DNA of 64,000 bases, from positions 58,925 through 122,924 of the forward strand of contig CAWDPO010000019.1 in assembly GCA_963804165.1 (NCBI GenBank), written 5' to 3'. The stretch's first letter is position 1. Each line of letters begins with the position of its first letter. The position numbers and the translations under genes were made by a program. The notes below the pieces were generated by a model that saw only the letters and a list, made by a program, of their open reading frames with translations, searched no databases and had not been told where the DNA came from. This stretch comes from an uncultured delta proteobacterium. Its GTDB lineage: Bacteria; Desulfobacterota; Binatia; UBA9968. This document shows positions 33,409 through 43,129 of this stretch, piece after piece.

Positions 33409-34656
33409 TCACCGCGGCGCGACTAAAATTTCCTCCCGCGGGAAGTAATCCATGATCTCCGCGCCGTTCTTGGTGACCACGAGCATATTTTCCAAGCGCG
33501 CGCCGCCGACACGGGCTTCGCCCTCGCGGGACTCGACGGCGATCGTCATGCCTTCTTCGAAGACCTGCGGGTGATCGAACGACCACAATCGGTTGATGAT
33601 CGGAATATCGTAACCGGTGCTGGTGCCGAGTCCGATACCGTGGCCGATCTCGCTGGCGAGAATCTCCACTTCACTTTGATATCCCCACTTGGTCGCCGGC
33701 GGAAAATGCTTCGCCGCATCCGCCGTTGTCTTGCCGGGCTTGATTTCGCCGATCACGGCATCGAGACGATCGCGCACCTGTTTGTACCAGTCCTTCTCTC
33801 GGGTTGTCGGCTGGCGTCCGACGATGAATGTGCGATAGGTACAGCTGCCGTAGCCCATGTAGGTCGCGCCGCAATAGGAACCGTAGACCAGGTCGCCGAA
33901 TTGGATGACGCGGCTGGTCGCGTGCGGGCCACGGTCGAAGGTCATCGGCCCCGTGCGCCACCCACCGGGTACCGCGGACTCCAAACCGAGCTCGTAACCC
34001 GCCGTGGAGCCGAGGGTCATCAAGTCGGTATCTCGCATGCCGGGTTTCAATTTCTCCCAGATGCGAAACCACACGCCGTCCACCATGGCGGCGCAAGTTT
34101 TGAGACAACTGATTTCATCCTGGTTCTTCACCATGCGCGCTTCCAGCATGAGCTGGCGCGTATCGACGATGTTCTTGACGCCGGCGTTGACCAAAGCCTC
34201 CCGCGCATAACCGTCGAAACTGCCGAGGCCAAGCTTTTCGCCGAGCAAACCGCGCTTTTCCAGCTCGGCCTTGATCTCGGCGGCAAACGCCTTCGCCTCC
34301 GCGGCGCACACTTCGGGACCGGGCGCGCCGGTCAGCCACGAACGCGCGGGTCGCCATTCCTTGATCCACGGGCACTGATCGGGCATCTGATGATAGTAAC
34401 CGTCGTGCTCGTACATCACCGCGTCGTGCTCGGCAAAAAACAGCGCGTAGCGGCACATCGGATAGGCGAAGCCCTTGAGCGCGGTGAGGTAGCGAATATT
34501 TTGGTGATTGGCTTCGAGCAGCGTCGCGATGCCGTGCTTGCGCATCAGCGTCTGCGCCCGCTCGACGCGCTGGCGGCGCATGCGGTCAGGATTGAATCGT
34601 TCTTGCCAGTCCGCAGCTTCCGGACCAAAAGTCAGCTTTGGTGAATATTGGACCAT
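33409..34656 (-). CDS. M24 (Xaa-Pro peptidase/creatinase fold) protein with atypical metal site
   Basis: NIRYLT, VKNQDEI, IGHGIG, GMTIAVES, GARLENMLVVT. Confidence 0.88.
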   Translation of the reverse strand: MVQYSPKLTFGPEAADWQERFNPDRMRRQRVERAQTLMRKHGIATLLEANHQNIRYLTALKGFAYPMCRYALFFAEHDAVMYEHDGYYHQMPDQCPWIKEWRPARSWLTGAPGPEVCAAEAKAFAAEIKAELEKRGLLGEKLGLGSFDGYAREALVNAGVKNIVDTRQLMLEARMVKNQDEISCLKTCAAMVDGVWFRIWEKLKPGMRDTDLMTLGSTAGYELGLESAVPGGWRTGPMTFDRGPHATSRVIQFGDLVYGSYCGATYMGYGSCTYRTFIVGRQPTTREKDWYKQVRDRLDAVIGEIKPGKTTADAAKHFPPATKWGYQSEVEILASEIGHGIGLGTSTGYDIPIINRLWSFDHPQVFEEGMTIAVESREGEARVGGARLENMLVVTKNGAEIMDYFPREEILVAPR

Positions 34657-34827
34657 GATAGCCTCCAATCGTGACGGTGACTTTTATTCGCCCCGAATCT
34701 ATCCGGAACAGGTGACCGCTTCAACTGCTTGAGCTATCTAAAAATGCAGTTCCAAGACCCCCAATACAAAATGCAAGAGGCTTGTGATACTTAAGAATCG
34801 GCAATCGAATAGGAGTCACAATATCTC

Positions 34828-35811
34828 TTGAAGACGATTCTCAAAGTTTTGCTATTTTCGCCGCTCTGCTTTCTCGTCGTTTCATCGGCGGTCGCAGCCG
34901 ATCGTATCACCGCCGCTTACACCAGCATCGCCGCTGCCTACGCGCCGTTCTGGGTAGCCAAAGACAAGGGCATCTTCGACAAATACAACCTCGACGCGCG
35001 CTTGGTTTACATGCGCGGCACGGTGCCGACCACCGCGGCGCTCGCCAACGGCGAGATCGAATTCGTCCAATCCGGCGCCGCGCCGTTTATTAACTATGCC
35101 GCGCGAGGCGGCGATGTCGTGCTCCTGGGCTGTCTGGCCAACAAGGTCATCGACTATGTGTTCATCGCCCACCCCTCGATCAGTCGCATCGAGCAGCTGC
35201 GCGGCAAAACCATCGGCATCAGCCGCACCGGCGATCAAACTTTCTACTACGTGCGCGAGATTCTCAAGCGCTATGGGATCGGCATCAAAGACGTGCGCCT
35301 GGTGCAAACCGGTCTGCAACCGGAGCGCGTCGCGGCGCTGCGCCAAGGTCTTGTCGTCGCCAGTATTCTCAACCGGCCGAGCAATCTCGTCTTGGAGCAG
35401 GAAGGATTCAAACGCTTGCTCGATATCGAGGATTTGAAAATCCCCGCCGGCGTGCGCTGCTTGATCACCACGCGAAAGCTGGTCAAGGCGCGCCCCGCTC
35501 TGGCTGACAATTTCACGATGGCGTGGCTGGAATCGCTGCGTTTTATCTTGACGCAGAAAAAGGAAACTAAGCAGATCATCGGCAAATACACGCAGAATGC
35601 AGACGACGTTCATCTGGAGGAAGCGTGGCGCAGCCTATCGACGCAAACCGAGATCCCGCCGTATGTTTCGGTCAGTCAGTTGCAAGGCCAGGCGAATATG
35701 CTCGCGGAAGATCAGCCCGACTTGAGCCGCTTCGACGCCAAAGTAATGGTGGACAACAGCGTAATCAAAAAACTCGAAGATTCAGGCTGGATTAAGAAGC
35801 TCTTTAGATAA
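34828..35811 (+). CDS. ABC substrate-binding protein, NMT1/SsuA-like
   Basis: Signal peptide; PFWVAKDKGIF, QLRGKTIGIS, VDNSVIKKLEDSG. Confidence 0.88.
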   Translation: MKTILKVLLFSPLCFLVVSSAVAADRITAAYTSIAAAYAPFWVAKDKGIFDKYNLDARLVYMRGTVPTTAALANGEIEFVQSGAAPFINYAARGGDVVLLGCLANKVIDYVFIAHPSISRIEQLRGKTIGISRTGDQTFYYVREILKRYGIGIKDVRLVQTGLQPERVAALRQGLVVASILNRPSNLVLEQEGFKRLLDIEDLKIPAGVRCLITTRKLVKARPALADNFTMAWLESLRFILTQKKETKQIIGKYTQNADDVHLEEAWRSLSTQTEIPPYVSVSQLQGQANMLAEDQPDLSRFDAKVMVDNSVIKKLEDSGWIKKLFR

Positions 35812-35827
35812 CTGTCGAAAGCTGAAA

Positions 35828-36129
35828 CTCACCGAAGGACACCAAGGATACCACTGTTTTAAGAATCTGTCGTTCCGAACTTCGTGCTCTTTGAATCACT
35901 TTCAATCAAAGTCCTTCCGGCTTGCGCGATTTTTTAAACCGTCCGCAACTCCGGAACACGAGGATTTACTCGCGCCAAGACGCAAAGTACGCCAAGTTCG
36001 GAAGGGAAAGTTAGATAATCGTACAAACGATCTTCACCATTTTTCTCCGACGTTTGCGGCCTTGGCGTCTTTGCGGGAGATATTCCGAGTCTCGATCGCG
36101 GCTGTGCCGCGCTGGGCCTTCGTGGTGAA
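35828..36129. repeat. Nested inverted short-repeat element
   Basis: Outer arms CACCGAAGGACACCAAGG / CTTCGTGCTCTT..CCTTCGTGGTGAA; inner arms CGCCAAGACGCAAAG..CGCCAAG / TTTGCGGCCTTGGCGTCTTTGCG. Confidence 0.6.
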
Positions 36130-36171
36130 TAACCATCTTACTGATCGAGCCCAACGCTTGTGCGCATGTAC

Positions 36172-36377
36172 CTAGTGTGGCGTCTCAGAAGTTCGTTTAA
36201 AAAGTCCAAACGATGGCAGCCACTGAAGTTGAACTCAAATCCCCCTTTGTCCCCCTTTTTCAAAGGGGGGATTTTCTCCGTGCGATTCTCACCCCTCTTT
36301 GCCAAAGAGGGGAAGGGGAGATTTTCCGACGGAATGACGCGAGAATTATGTCGCGAACTTCTGAAACAGGACACTAG
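36172..36377 (-). mobile_element. MITE copy B (inverted)
   Basis: 206 bp, CTAG at both ends, only a few differences from copy A. Confidence 0.9.
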
Positions 36378-36452
36378 CGGACACTTCGACATTGCAAGCT
36401 ATCTAAGGATGCTTGCAATCTTTCGATCCCCTGGGTACACAACCAACTGAAG

Positions 36453-37402
36453 ATGAATCGACATATTTTCAAACTGATTTGTCTACTGCTTCTCTTTGCA
36501 TTGGGTTCCGGCCGCACGAGTATTGCGGCCGAGGCCGCTTTGGAAAAAGTCCGTATCGCGGTGTCGTCGAAGTCGCTCGGCTTCCTCGATACTTGGGCGG
36601 CCAAACAGCGCGGCTTTTACCGCAAGCACGGGATCGACGCCGAGATCATCGCCATGCGCCCGCCGCTCACCATCGGCGCGATCCAAGCGGGAGAGATCGA
36701 TTACGCCTTCGGCGCCAGCACGATTTCGCGCGGCGCGATTTCCGGCGCGCCGGTGCGGCTGGTGAGCCTGTCCTTGCGAACTTCTTTCCACACGTTGGTC
36801 GCGCGCCCGCAATTCAAATCCATCGGCGATTTGAAGGGTAAAACCGTCGCCGTCACCATCGGCGCCGCCGACGACTTCGTCGCGCGCCACCTGATTCGCC
36901 GCGCGGGCTCGGATCCGCGCGACTATGCGTTCGTCAATATGGGCGGATCGGACACGAGATTTCCCGCGCTCCATGCCGGCACGATCGACGCCACGCCTTT
37001 ATCACTGCCTTTCTTCATCGTCGCCAAGCGCCAGGGTTTTACACTGCTGGGCTCGGCTGCGGATGTCATCAACATGGCGACCGTCGGCATCGGCACCTCG
37101 ACGCGCAAAATCCAACAGGATCGCGAGCAAGTAAAAAAATGGTGCGCGCTCAGCTTGACGTCTTGCGCTGGATCAAAAACCAGAAGAACGATGTCGTCCC
37201 ATTCCTGCAAAAGTTTTTTGATCTCGACGAAGCGACGGCGATGGAATCGCACGCGATCTACTCGCGGCTTATCATCGACGACGTCAAGCCCTTGGCCGAT
37301 GCCGTCAAGACCGTCCTCGACCAGCAGGGAAAACCGGATTTACCGCTGGATCGCGTCGTCGACGCCTCGGTGGTGGAAGAAGTCCTGCGTGAACGGAGAT
37401 AA
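36453..37402 (+). CDS. ABC substrate-binding protein, NMT1/SsuA-like (frameshift in A-run near 37135)
   Basis: GFYRKHGIDAE, DLKGKTVAV; C-terminus in ORF 37139..37402. Confidence 0.85.
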
Positions 37403-37404
37403 TC

Positions 37405-38505
37405 ATGCCTGACAATGGATTGAGAATCATCGATATCGACGGCCACGTGCGCGAGGCCGACGACTTGTTCGAGAAATATTTGGAGCCGCCCTTTCGCGCC
37501 CGCGCGCCGAGGGTCGAAAAAGTCGCCAACGGCCAAATGCTCTTTCGCCTCGAAGGCGAGCGCCATCACCGCCGGCCCGACGAAACTCCCTTTCGCATCA
37601 AAGACGACGGCTCGCCGGCCAACGAAAACCGCCATCTCGCCACCGATCCGAAAGACCGGCTGAAAGCGATGGACCGCGACCGCATCGAGCGCGGTCTGCT
37701 GTTTCCGTCGGCGGGATTGTATTTACCGTCTGTGCAGGAAGAAGCCTATGCCGCCGCGCTATGCCGCGCATATAATAATTGGCTTTACGATTACTGCGGC
37801 GAAGATCGCAATCGCTTGATGGGCGTCGGCGTGATTCCGGTGCAAGACGTGAAGCTCGCCGTCGAGGAAGCCAAGCGCGTCGTCAACGAGCTCGGCTTCA
37901 AAGGCATCTTTGTCAGACCCAATCCGGTCAAAGGCCGCAGCATCGACGACGCCTATTACGACCCGCTTTACCAAACCATTGTCGAGCTCGGCGTACCGCT
38001 GTTAATTCATGAGGGCTCCGGCGCTTTTCTGCCCACTGCGGGGGCCGACCGCTTCGTCGGCCAGTGGTTTTTCACCCACACGATCTCGCATCCGTTTGAG
38101 CAAATGCTCGCGAGCTTGGGCCTGATCTGCCGCGGCGCTCTGGAAAGAAATCCGGAGCTGCAAGTCGTGTTTCTCGAATCCGGCGCCGGTTGGCTGCCGT
38201 ACTGGCTCTGGCGCATGGATGAGCACTATGAAATTTTGCCCTTCCAAGTGCCGTGGCTCAAGATGAAACCGAGCGATTATTTCCGCCGCCAGTGCTACAC
38301 GTCGTTCGAAGCCGACGAAACCCGTCTGGGCGAAGTGATCGACTCCGTCGGCGCGGACCGGGTCGTTTTCGCCTCCGACTACCCGCACTGGGACGCGACT
38401 TTTCCCGGCGTCACCGATAGGATCCTCAATCGCAAAGATCTCGGCGCCGAGACGAAAAGAAAAATCATGGGCGAAAACGCCGCGCGGTTATTACGGTTGG
38501 ATTAA
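37405..38505 (+). CDS. Amidohydrolase family (Amidohydro_2-like)
   Basis: IDIDGH, CRAYNNWL, LIHEG, FLESGAGW, FASDYPHWD. Confidence 0.9.
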   Translation: MPDNGLRIIDIDGHVREADDLFEKYLEPPFRARAPRVEKVANGQMLFRLEGERHHRRPDETPFRIKDDGSPANENRHLATDPKDRLKAMDRDRIERGLLFPSAGLYLPSVQEEAYAAALCRAYNNWLYDYCGEDRNRLMGVGVIPVQDVKLAVEEAKRVVNELGFKGIFVRPNPVKGRSIDDAYYDPLYQTIVELGVPLLIHEGSGAFLPTAGADRFVGQWFFTHTISHPFEQMLASLGLICRGALERNPELQVVFLESGAGWLPYWLWRMDEHYEILPFQVPWLKMKPSDYFRRQCYTSFEADETRLGEVIDSVGADRVVFASDYPHWDATFPGVTDRILNRKDLGAETKRKIMGENAARLLRLD

Positions 38506-38588
38506 CCAAAAATTGTTTCGGGTCGCGGGTTTTAATTTCCCGAAACTCGAAACACGTAACTCGAAACGCATTTTTAACGGAGGTTTTT

Positions 38589-39365
38589 ATGGCTGACGTA
38601 CCAAAACTCGTTTCATCGATGGGCCGGGCGGAGCTCGATCGGATCTTCGTGCGCGGTTACGACCTCAATCAGGAGCTGCTCGGCAAGATCACGTTTGCGC
38701 AAATGCTTTATTTGATGCTCGAAGGGCGCATGCCGACGCCCGAGCAGGGGCGCATGATCGATACCATGCTAATCGTCCTCGTCGATCACGGCATGACCAC
38801 CGGCGCGGCGGCGGCGCGCATGACGTTTCACTCGGCCCCCGAAGCGATCCAGGGCGCCGTAGCGGCGGCCATACTCGGCGCCGGCAGCGTGCATCTTGGC
38901 TCGTCGGAACACTGCGCGAAAATGTTGAACGATGCGTTGCCGAAGGATTCGAAAGAAACCGATCTCGATGCGATCGCGCTCAAAACCGTGGAAAAACGGT
39001 TGGCCAATAAACAGCTCATTCCCGGCATCGGCCACGGCATCCACACCGGCGGCGACCCGCGCGCCGAGCGCCTGTTTCAGGTGGCGCAGGAAACCAAAGT
39101 TTACGGCCGCTATTGCGAGCTGCTGCGAAAGATCGGCAAGATCGCCGACGAAAAAGTCGGCAGGCATCTGCCCGTCAACGTCACCGGCGCCATCGCCGCG
39201 ATCTCCCTCGATATGGGCATTCACTGGCAAATGTCCAAGAGCTTCGCGATTCTCGGCCGGGCGCTCGGCGGCCTGGCGCACGTGGGAGAAGAAATCCGCC
39301 GGCCGATCGCGCGCGGAATCTCCAATTTAATTCGCGATAATTTGCAATACGAGCCGGAAAAATAA
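38589..39365 (+). CDS. Short citrate synthase-like / citryl-CoA lyase-like protein
   Basis: IFVRGYDL, LVDHG, VHLG, IPGIGH, DPR, PVNVTG. Confidence 0.85.
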   Translation: MADVPKLVSSMGRAELDRIFVRGYDLNQELLGKITFAQMLYLMLEGRMPTPEQGRMIDTMLIVLVDHGMTTGAAAARMTFHSAPEAIQGAVAAAILGAGSVHLGSSEHCAKMLNDALPKDSKETDLDAIALKTVEKRLANKQLIPGIGHGIHTGGDPRAERLFQVAQETKVYGRYCELLRKIGKIADEKVGRHLPVNVTGAIAAISLDMGIHWQMSKSFAILGRALGGLAHVGEEIRRPIARGISNLIRDNLQYEPEK

Positions 39366-39405
39366 GAAAAATGAGAATGGTTTCTGGTTAACTAGACTAG
39401 ACCAG

Positions 39406-39534
39406 CAGGTTACTGAAAAAAGCCTCGGAATGCTTCGAGACCCTCAGCATGAACGGAAAACCATTAACGATTTCAAATCCACTCCGTTCGTCCTGAGCCA
39501 CGTCGAAGGACTCCGAGAGTTTTTCAGCAAACTG
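39406..39534. mobile_element. 129-bp MITE with IS5-like ends and CCAG direct repeats
   Basis: TIR CAGGTTACTGAAAAA / TTTTTCAGCAAACTG (13/15 match); CCAG at 39402-39405 and 39535-39538. Confidence 0.75.
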
Positions 39535-39583
39535 CCAGAACCTAGAAACATGAAACTAGAAACTTTTAGCCTGAGGCTACACG

Positions 39584-40576
39584 ATGCCGCTTCGAATTCG
39601 AGTCATTCTTACTAGTCTACTGCTGTTGACGCTGGCTGCTCCCGCAACAGCCCAGCTGCGCAAGATGAACATAGCCTACACGGCGACGAGTCCATATCAG
39701 GCGGCACTCATCATCGCCAAGGAATCCGGAATTTTCAGAAAGCACGGCTTGGATCCACAGCTGATTCTCACGCCCGGCGGTTCCCTTGGGTTTCAAGCGA
39801 TGATGGGCGGCGACGTAGCGATGGTTATGGCCGACGGATCCGCGGCAGTGACGAGCAATCTCGCCGGCGCCGACGTCGTCATCATCGCGAGCTTTTTGAA
39901 CACGTTTCCTTACAGTCTGATTTCCATTCCCGAAGTTAAGAAGGTCGACCAGCTCGTCGGCGGCAAGGTCGCCATCAGCCGCTTCGGCAGCGCCACCGAT
40001 GTGAGCGTGCGCATGTCGCTGACAAAGGTCGGTTTGAATCCCGACAAGGACGTAACGATTCTGCAGATCGGCACGCAAACCACGCGCTTCGCTGCTTTGC
40101 AGTCGAAACAAGTGCAGGCGACGATCATCACTCCGCCGTTCACGCTCACCGCGCGCAAGCAGGGCTACAACACGCTCATCGACATGGCGCAGTTGAATAT
40201 CCCCTTCGAGCTCACGGCTTTGTTGACGCGGCGAAGTTACATCAAAGCACAACGCGAAACGGTCGCCGACGTCGTCACCGCCCTTTCCGAAGCGGTTCAC
40301 TACTACAAGCGCGAGAAAGAACCGGTGCTGAAGATCCTGAGCCGCTATCTTCAGACCACGGACCGCGAAGCTCTGGAAGAAACCTATCGCGAAATCGCGC
40401 TCAAAACGATGCCGGAAAAGCCTTATCCAACGCTGCCGGGCATCCAGACGATCATCGACGAGCTCGCGCCGAAGAATCCGAAAGCCAAAACCGCGCGCCC
40501 CGAAGACTTCGTCGACATGAGCTTCGTGAAAAAACTCGACGACGACGGCTTTTTTCTACGGTTGTATAAAAAGTAG
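39584..40576 (+). CDS. ABC substrate-binding protein, NMT1/SsuA-like
   Basis: GIFRKHGLD, AISRFGSATD, PEDFVDMSFVKKLD. Confidence 0.9.
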   Translation: MPLRIRVILTSLLLLTLAAPATAQLRKMNIAYTATSPYQAALIIAKESGIFRKHGLDPQLILTPGGSLGFQAMMGGDVAMVMADGSAAVTSNLAGADVVIIASFLNTFPYSLISIPEVKKVDQLVGGKVAISRFGSATDVSVRMSLTKVGLNPDKDVTILQIGTQTTRFAALQSKQVQATIITPPFTLTARKQGYNTLIDMAQLNIPFELTALLTRRSYIKAQRETVADVVTALSEAVHYYKREKEPVLKILSRYLQTTDREALEETYREIALKTMPEKPYPTLPGIQTIIDELAPKNPKAKTARPEDFVDMSFVKKLDDDGFFLRLYKK

Positions 40577-40579
40577 GCT

Positions 40580-41356
40580 GTGATCTATGGACGTTCGGCG
40601 TTCAGATTAATGAATAATCCTTTCCCTACACCGTATCGCCGCCCCATAAAACTATCCAATCCATATCATCATTTTTCGCGGAAAGTGGTTGATCGGATCA
40701 TTCAAACGAAAGACGACAGACTGACCTGGTCCGATTTCAACACGATCTTTCACTGGGGTACGCCGGCTGGATCTTACCAGGAAATTGTATATTTTCTCCC
40801 TCTCGCGCTTCGCCATATAAAAAACAATCCGCGTGACGCGTTGGATTTCATGTCTGGCGTGTTCTGTTTTATCGGAAGCAACGCTCCGAATTTGGAGTCT
40901 GATTCACTTCACTTAAATACCACCGAAGCCATAGAAGAGGTCTTTCAAGAGCGGACACGTCAATTTGCTGTCGCTCATTACGATGCTGACGCCTGCCGAG
41001 AGAAGGCCTGGACCCTCGATCATCAAGACATAGTAGAAAACAGCCAAAGCATCATGCAGCTCATAGAAGATCTCCAATCGTTTCCCGCATACCCCGAACT
41101 TGCCGACAAACTCGTCGAGTCTCTCGCTTTACAGCAACAACACGCCATTCGTTCAGCTTGGTTCTTAGAGTACGCCCGCGAAGTGAGTAATTCGCCGGGC
41201 ATATTCAAGACTTCAGAGGCTCAGCGGCGCTTCATCGAGGATCGGACACTCCTTCAAGATCATTACAATCGCGTCCTCAAATCCGTGGTTGCGACAACGG
41301 AGTCTCCGACCTATTGGTCCGATTTACGCATCGCTCTCAGCCTTCGCGAGGATTGA
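40580..41356 (+). CDS. Hypothetical protein (visibly lower GC than neighbours)
   Basis: 258-aa uninterrupted ORF in operon orientation; no family recognised. Confidence 0.7.
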   Translation: MIYGRSAFRLMNNPFPTPYRRPIKLSNPYHHFSRKVVDRIIQTKDDRLTWSDFNTIFHWGTPAGSYQEIVYFLPLALRHIKNNPRDALDFMSGVFCFIGSNAPNLESDSLHLNTTEAIEEVFQERTRQFAVAHYDADACREKAWTLDHQDIVENSQSIMQLIEDLQSFPAYPELADKLVESLALQQQHAIRSAWFLEYAREVSNSPGIFKTSEAQRRFIEDRTLLQDHYNRVLKSVVATTESPTYWSDLRIALSLRED

Positions 41357-41446
41357 CCTCGGGAGAATTAGCTTTGATCCTTTTTCCAGTTCAGCGTTGC
41401 GCCTTCGGAGTCGAAACTGTTATTTTCACCTCGACAAGGGAACAAC

Positions 41447-42022
41447 ATGTCGATTAAGATTTACTCAATCCTCGGCGCGATTCTCACTTTGCTGATTATT
41501 TCAGTCGGCTTCGCCGCCGACTCACCGGAACTGACCGCCTGCGGCATCGTCACGGGAGCCGATGCCCAGAAATTCATCGGCGGTCCGCTCGATGTTAAGG
41601 AGACCGCCAAGTTGCCCGACGACGGTGCGAATTCCTATAGATCGGTTTGTAGTTACCTCGGCAGAGGCGAGAATTTTCAAAATATGTTGACGGCCTCTCG
41701 CGGGCTCGACATCACCCTCCATTTCCTGGTTACGGCGGAAGCAACGGCGCAAATATACGAGAACTCTTTCGAGCAGTACCGCCAGAGGCTGAATTCGCCG
41801 GATCTGCCGTTCACAAACGCAACCATCACCCCCATCAATGGCTTCGGCGAGAAAGCATTTCTTCTCGAAGCGGTCACGGATACGAAAACTGGTTATAAAT
41901 CCGCGTTGATTGTGTTCTACAAGGGCAAAATCGCTGGCAGCGTCGCCGCATGGAACAAACCTCAGTCGTCAGCCGAAACGACGAAAATCGTTCTGAAGTA
42001 TATTCTCGGCAAGCTGCCGTGA
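41447..42022 (+). CDS. Hypothetical exported protein
   Basis: Signal peptide ending GFA-ADS, Cys pair, INGFGEKAF. Confidence 0.75.
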   Translation: MSIKIYSILGAILTLLIISVGFAADSPELTACGIVTGADAQKFIGGPLDVKETAKLPDDGANSYRSVCSYLGRGENFQNMLTASRGLDITLHFLVTAEATAQIYENSFEQYRQRLNSPDLPFTNATITPINGFGEKAFLLEAVTDTKTGYKSALIVFYKGKIAGSVAAWNKPQSSAETTKIVLKYILGKLP

Positions 42023-42044
42023 TTCGGTACACCATCAGCCCGCG

Positions 42045-43100
42045 ATGAATCGGAGAGAACCAATGCTCAAAGCAAGCTTAAGTCTCATGGCCGTCGCTTT
42101 GGCGACAATCTTTTCGGTCGCCGCTCACGCTCAAACCGAGCCGTTCTTCAAAGGCAAACAAATTAAAATCGTCGTCGGCTTTACCGCCGGCGGGATCATC
42201 GATCTCTGGGCGCGTCTTTATACTCAGCACATGGGCAAATATATTCCGGGCAATCCCGATTTAATCGTACAAAACGTCCCCGGCGGCGGCTCGATGATCG
42301 CCGCGAACCAGCTCTACAACGTCGCCAAACCCGACGGGCTGACCCTTGCGATGCTTTCCTCGGGACTTTATTTCGATCAATTGATCGGCGTGAAAGAAGT
42401 GCAGTTCGATTGGGCGAAGTTCGGCTGGATCGGGTCGCCGGTGCGCAATTTCGAAGTCTTGACGATGCGCGCCGACACTCCTTATCGAAGCATCGAAGAT
42501 ATCCAGAAGGCGGCGCAACCGCCACGCTGCGGCACCACCGGAACCGGCGCTACGGGCCACTATTTTCCCAAGTTTCTCGAGGAAGCTCTTGGCGCGAAAA
42601 TCCAGATCGTGTTGGGCTATCCGGGCAACCGCGACGTGGAAGTAGCTATCGAGCGCGGTGAAGTTCATTGCTACGCGATTACCAAAGAAGCGTTCCTGCG
42701 CGAGCCCGGTCGCTCCTGGTTGAAGAAGGGCTTTGTCCGCGCGCTGGTCCAAGGCGCACAAAAACGCGACCCCTTGTTCCCGGAAACGCCGACCATTTAT
42801 GAGCTGATGGACAAGCACAAGACACCGGAGACGCTCAAACGTTTTGCTTCGGTGCTGCTCTCGCCGGGCGCCATCGGCCGGCCCATTGTCGCACCACCGA
42901 ATACGCCGGCGGACAGAGTCAAGATTCTGCGCGACGGCTTCGCCAAGATGATCGCCGATCCGGATTTTCTCGCCGAGGCCAAGAAACGTGAATGGGACGT
43001 CGAATACATCAGCGGCGAAGACCTGGAAACGATGGCCAAGAAAGCCGTGGTTCAACCCCCGGAAACCGTGGCACGGCTGAAAAAGATCCTGGGGAACTAA
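42045..43100 (+). CDS. Tripartite tricarboxylate transporter substrate-binding protein (TctC/Bug-like)
   Basis: IVVGFTAGG..D, NVPGGGSMIAAN, KPDGLT, GYPG, IERGEV. Confidence 0.9.
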   Translation: MNRREPMLKASLSLMAVALATIFSVAAHAQTEPFFKGKQIKIVVGFTAGGIIDLWARLYTQHMGKYIPGNPDLIVQNVPGGGSMIAANQLYNVAKPDGLTLAMLSSGLYFDQLIGVKEVQFDWAKFGWIGSPVRNFEVLTMRADTPYRSIEDIQKAAQPPRCGTTGTGATGHYFPKFLEEALGAKIQIVLGYPGNRDVEVAIERGEVHCYAITKEAFLREPGRSWLKKGFVRALVQGAQKRDPLFPETPTIYELMDKHKTPETLKRFASVLLSPGAIGRPIVAPPNTPADRVKILRDGFAKMIADPDFLAEAKKREWDVEYISGEDLETMAKKAVVQPPETVARLKKILGN

Positions 43101-43129
43101 GTCCTGAAATATTTTTGAGGAGGCAAGAC

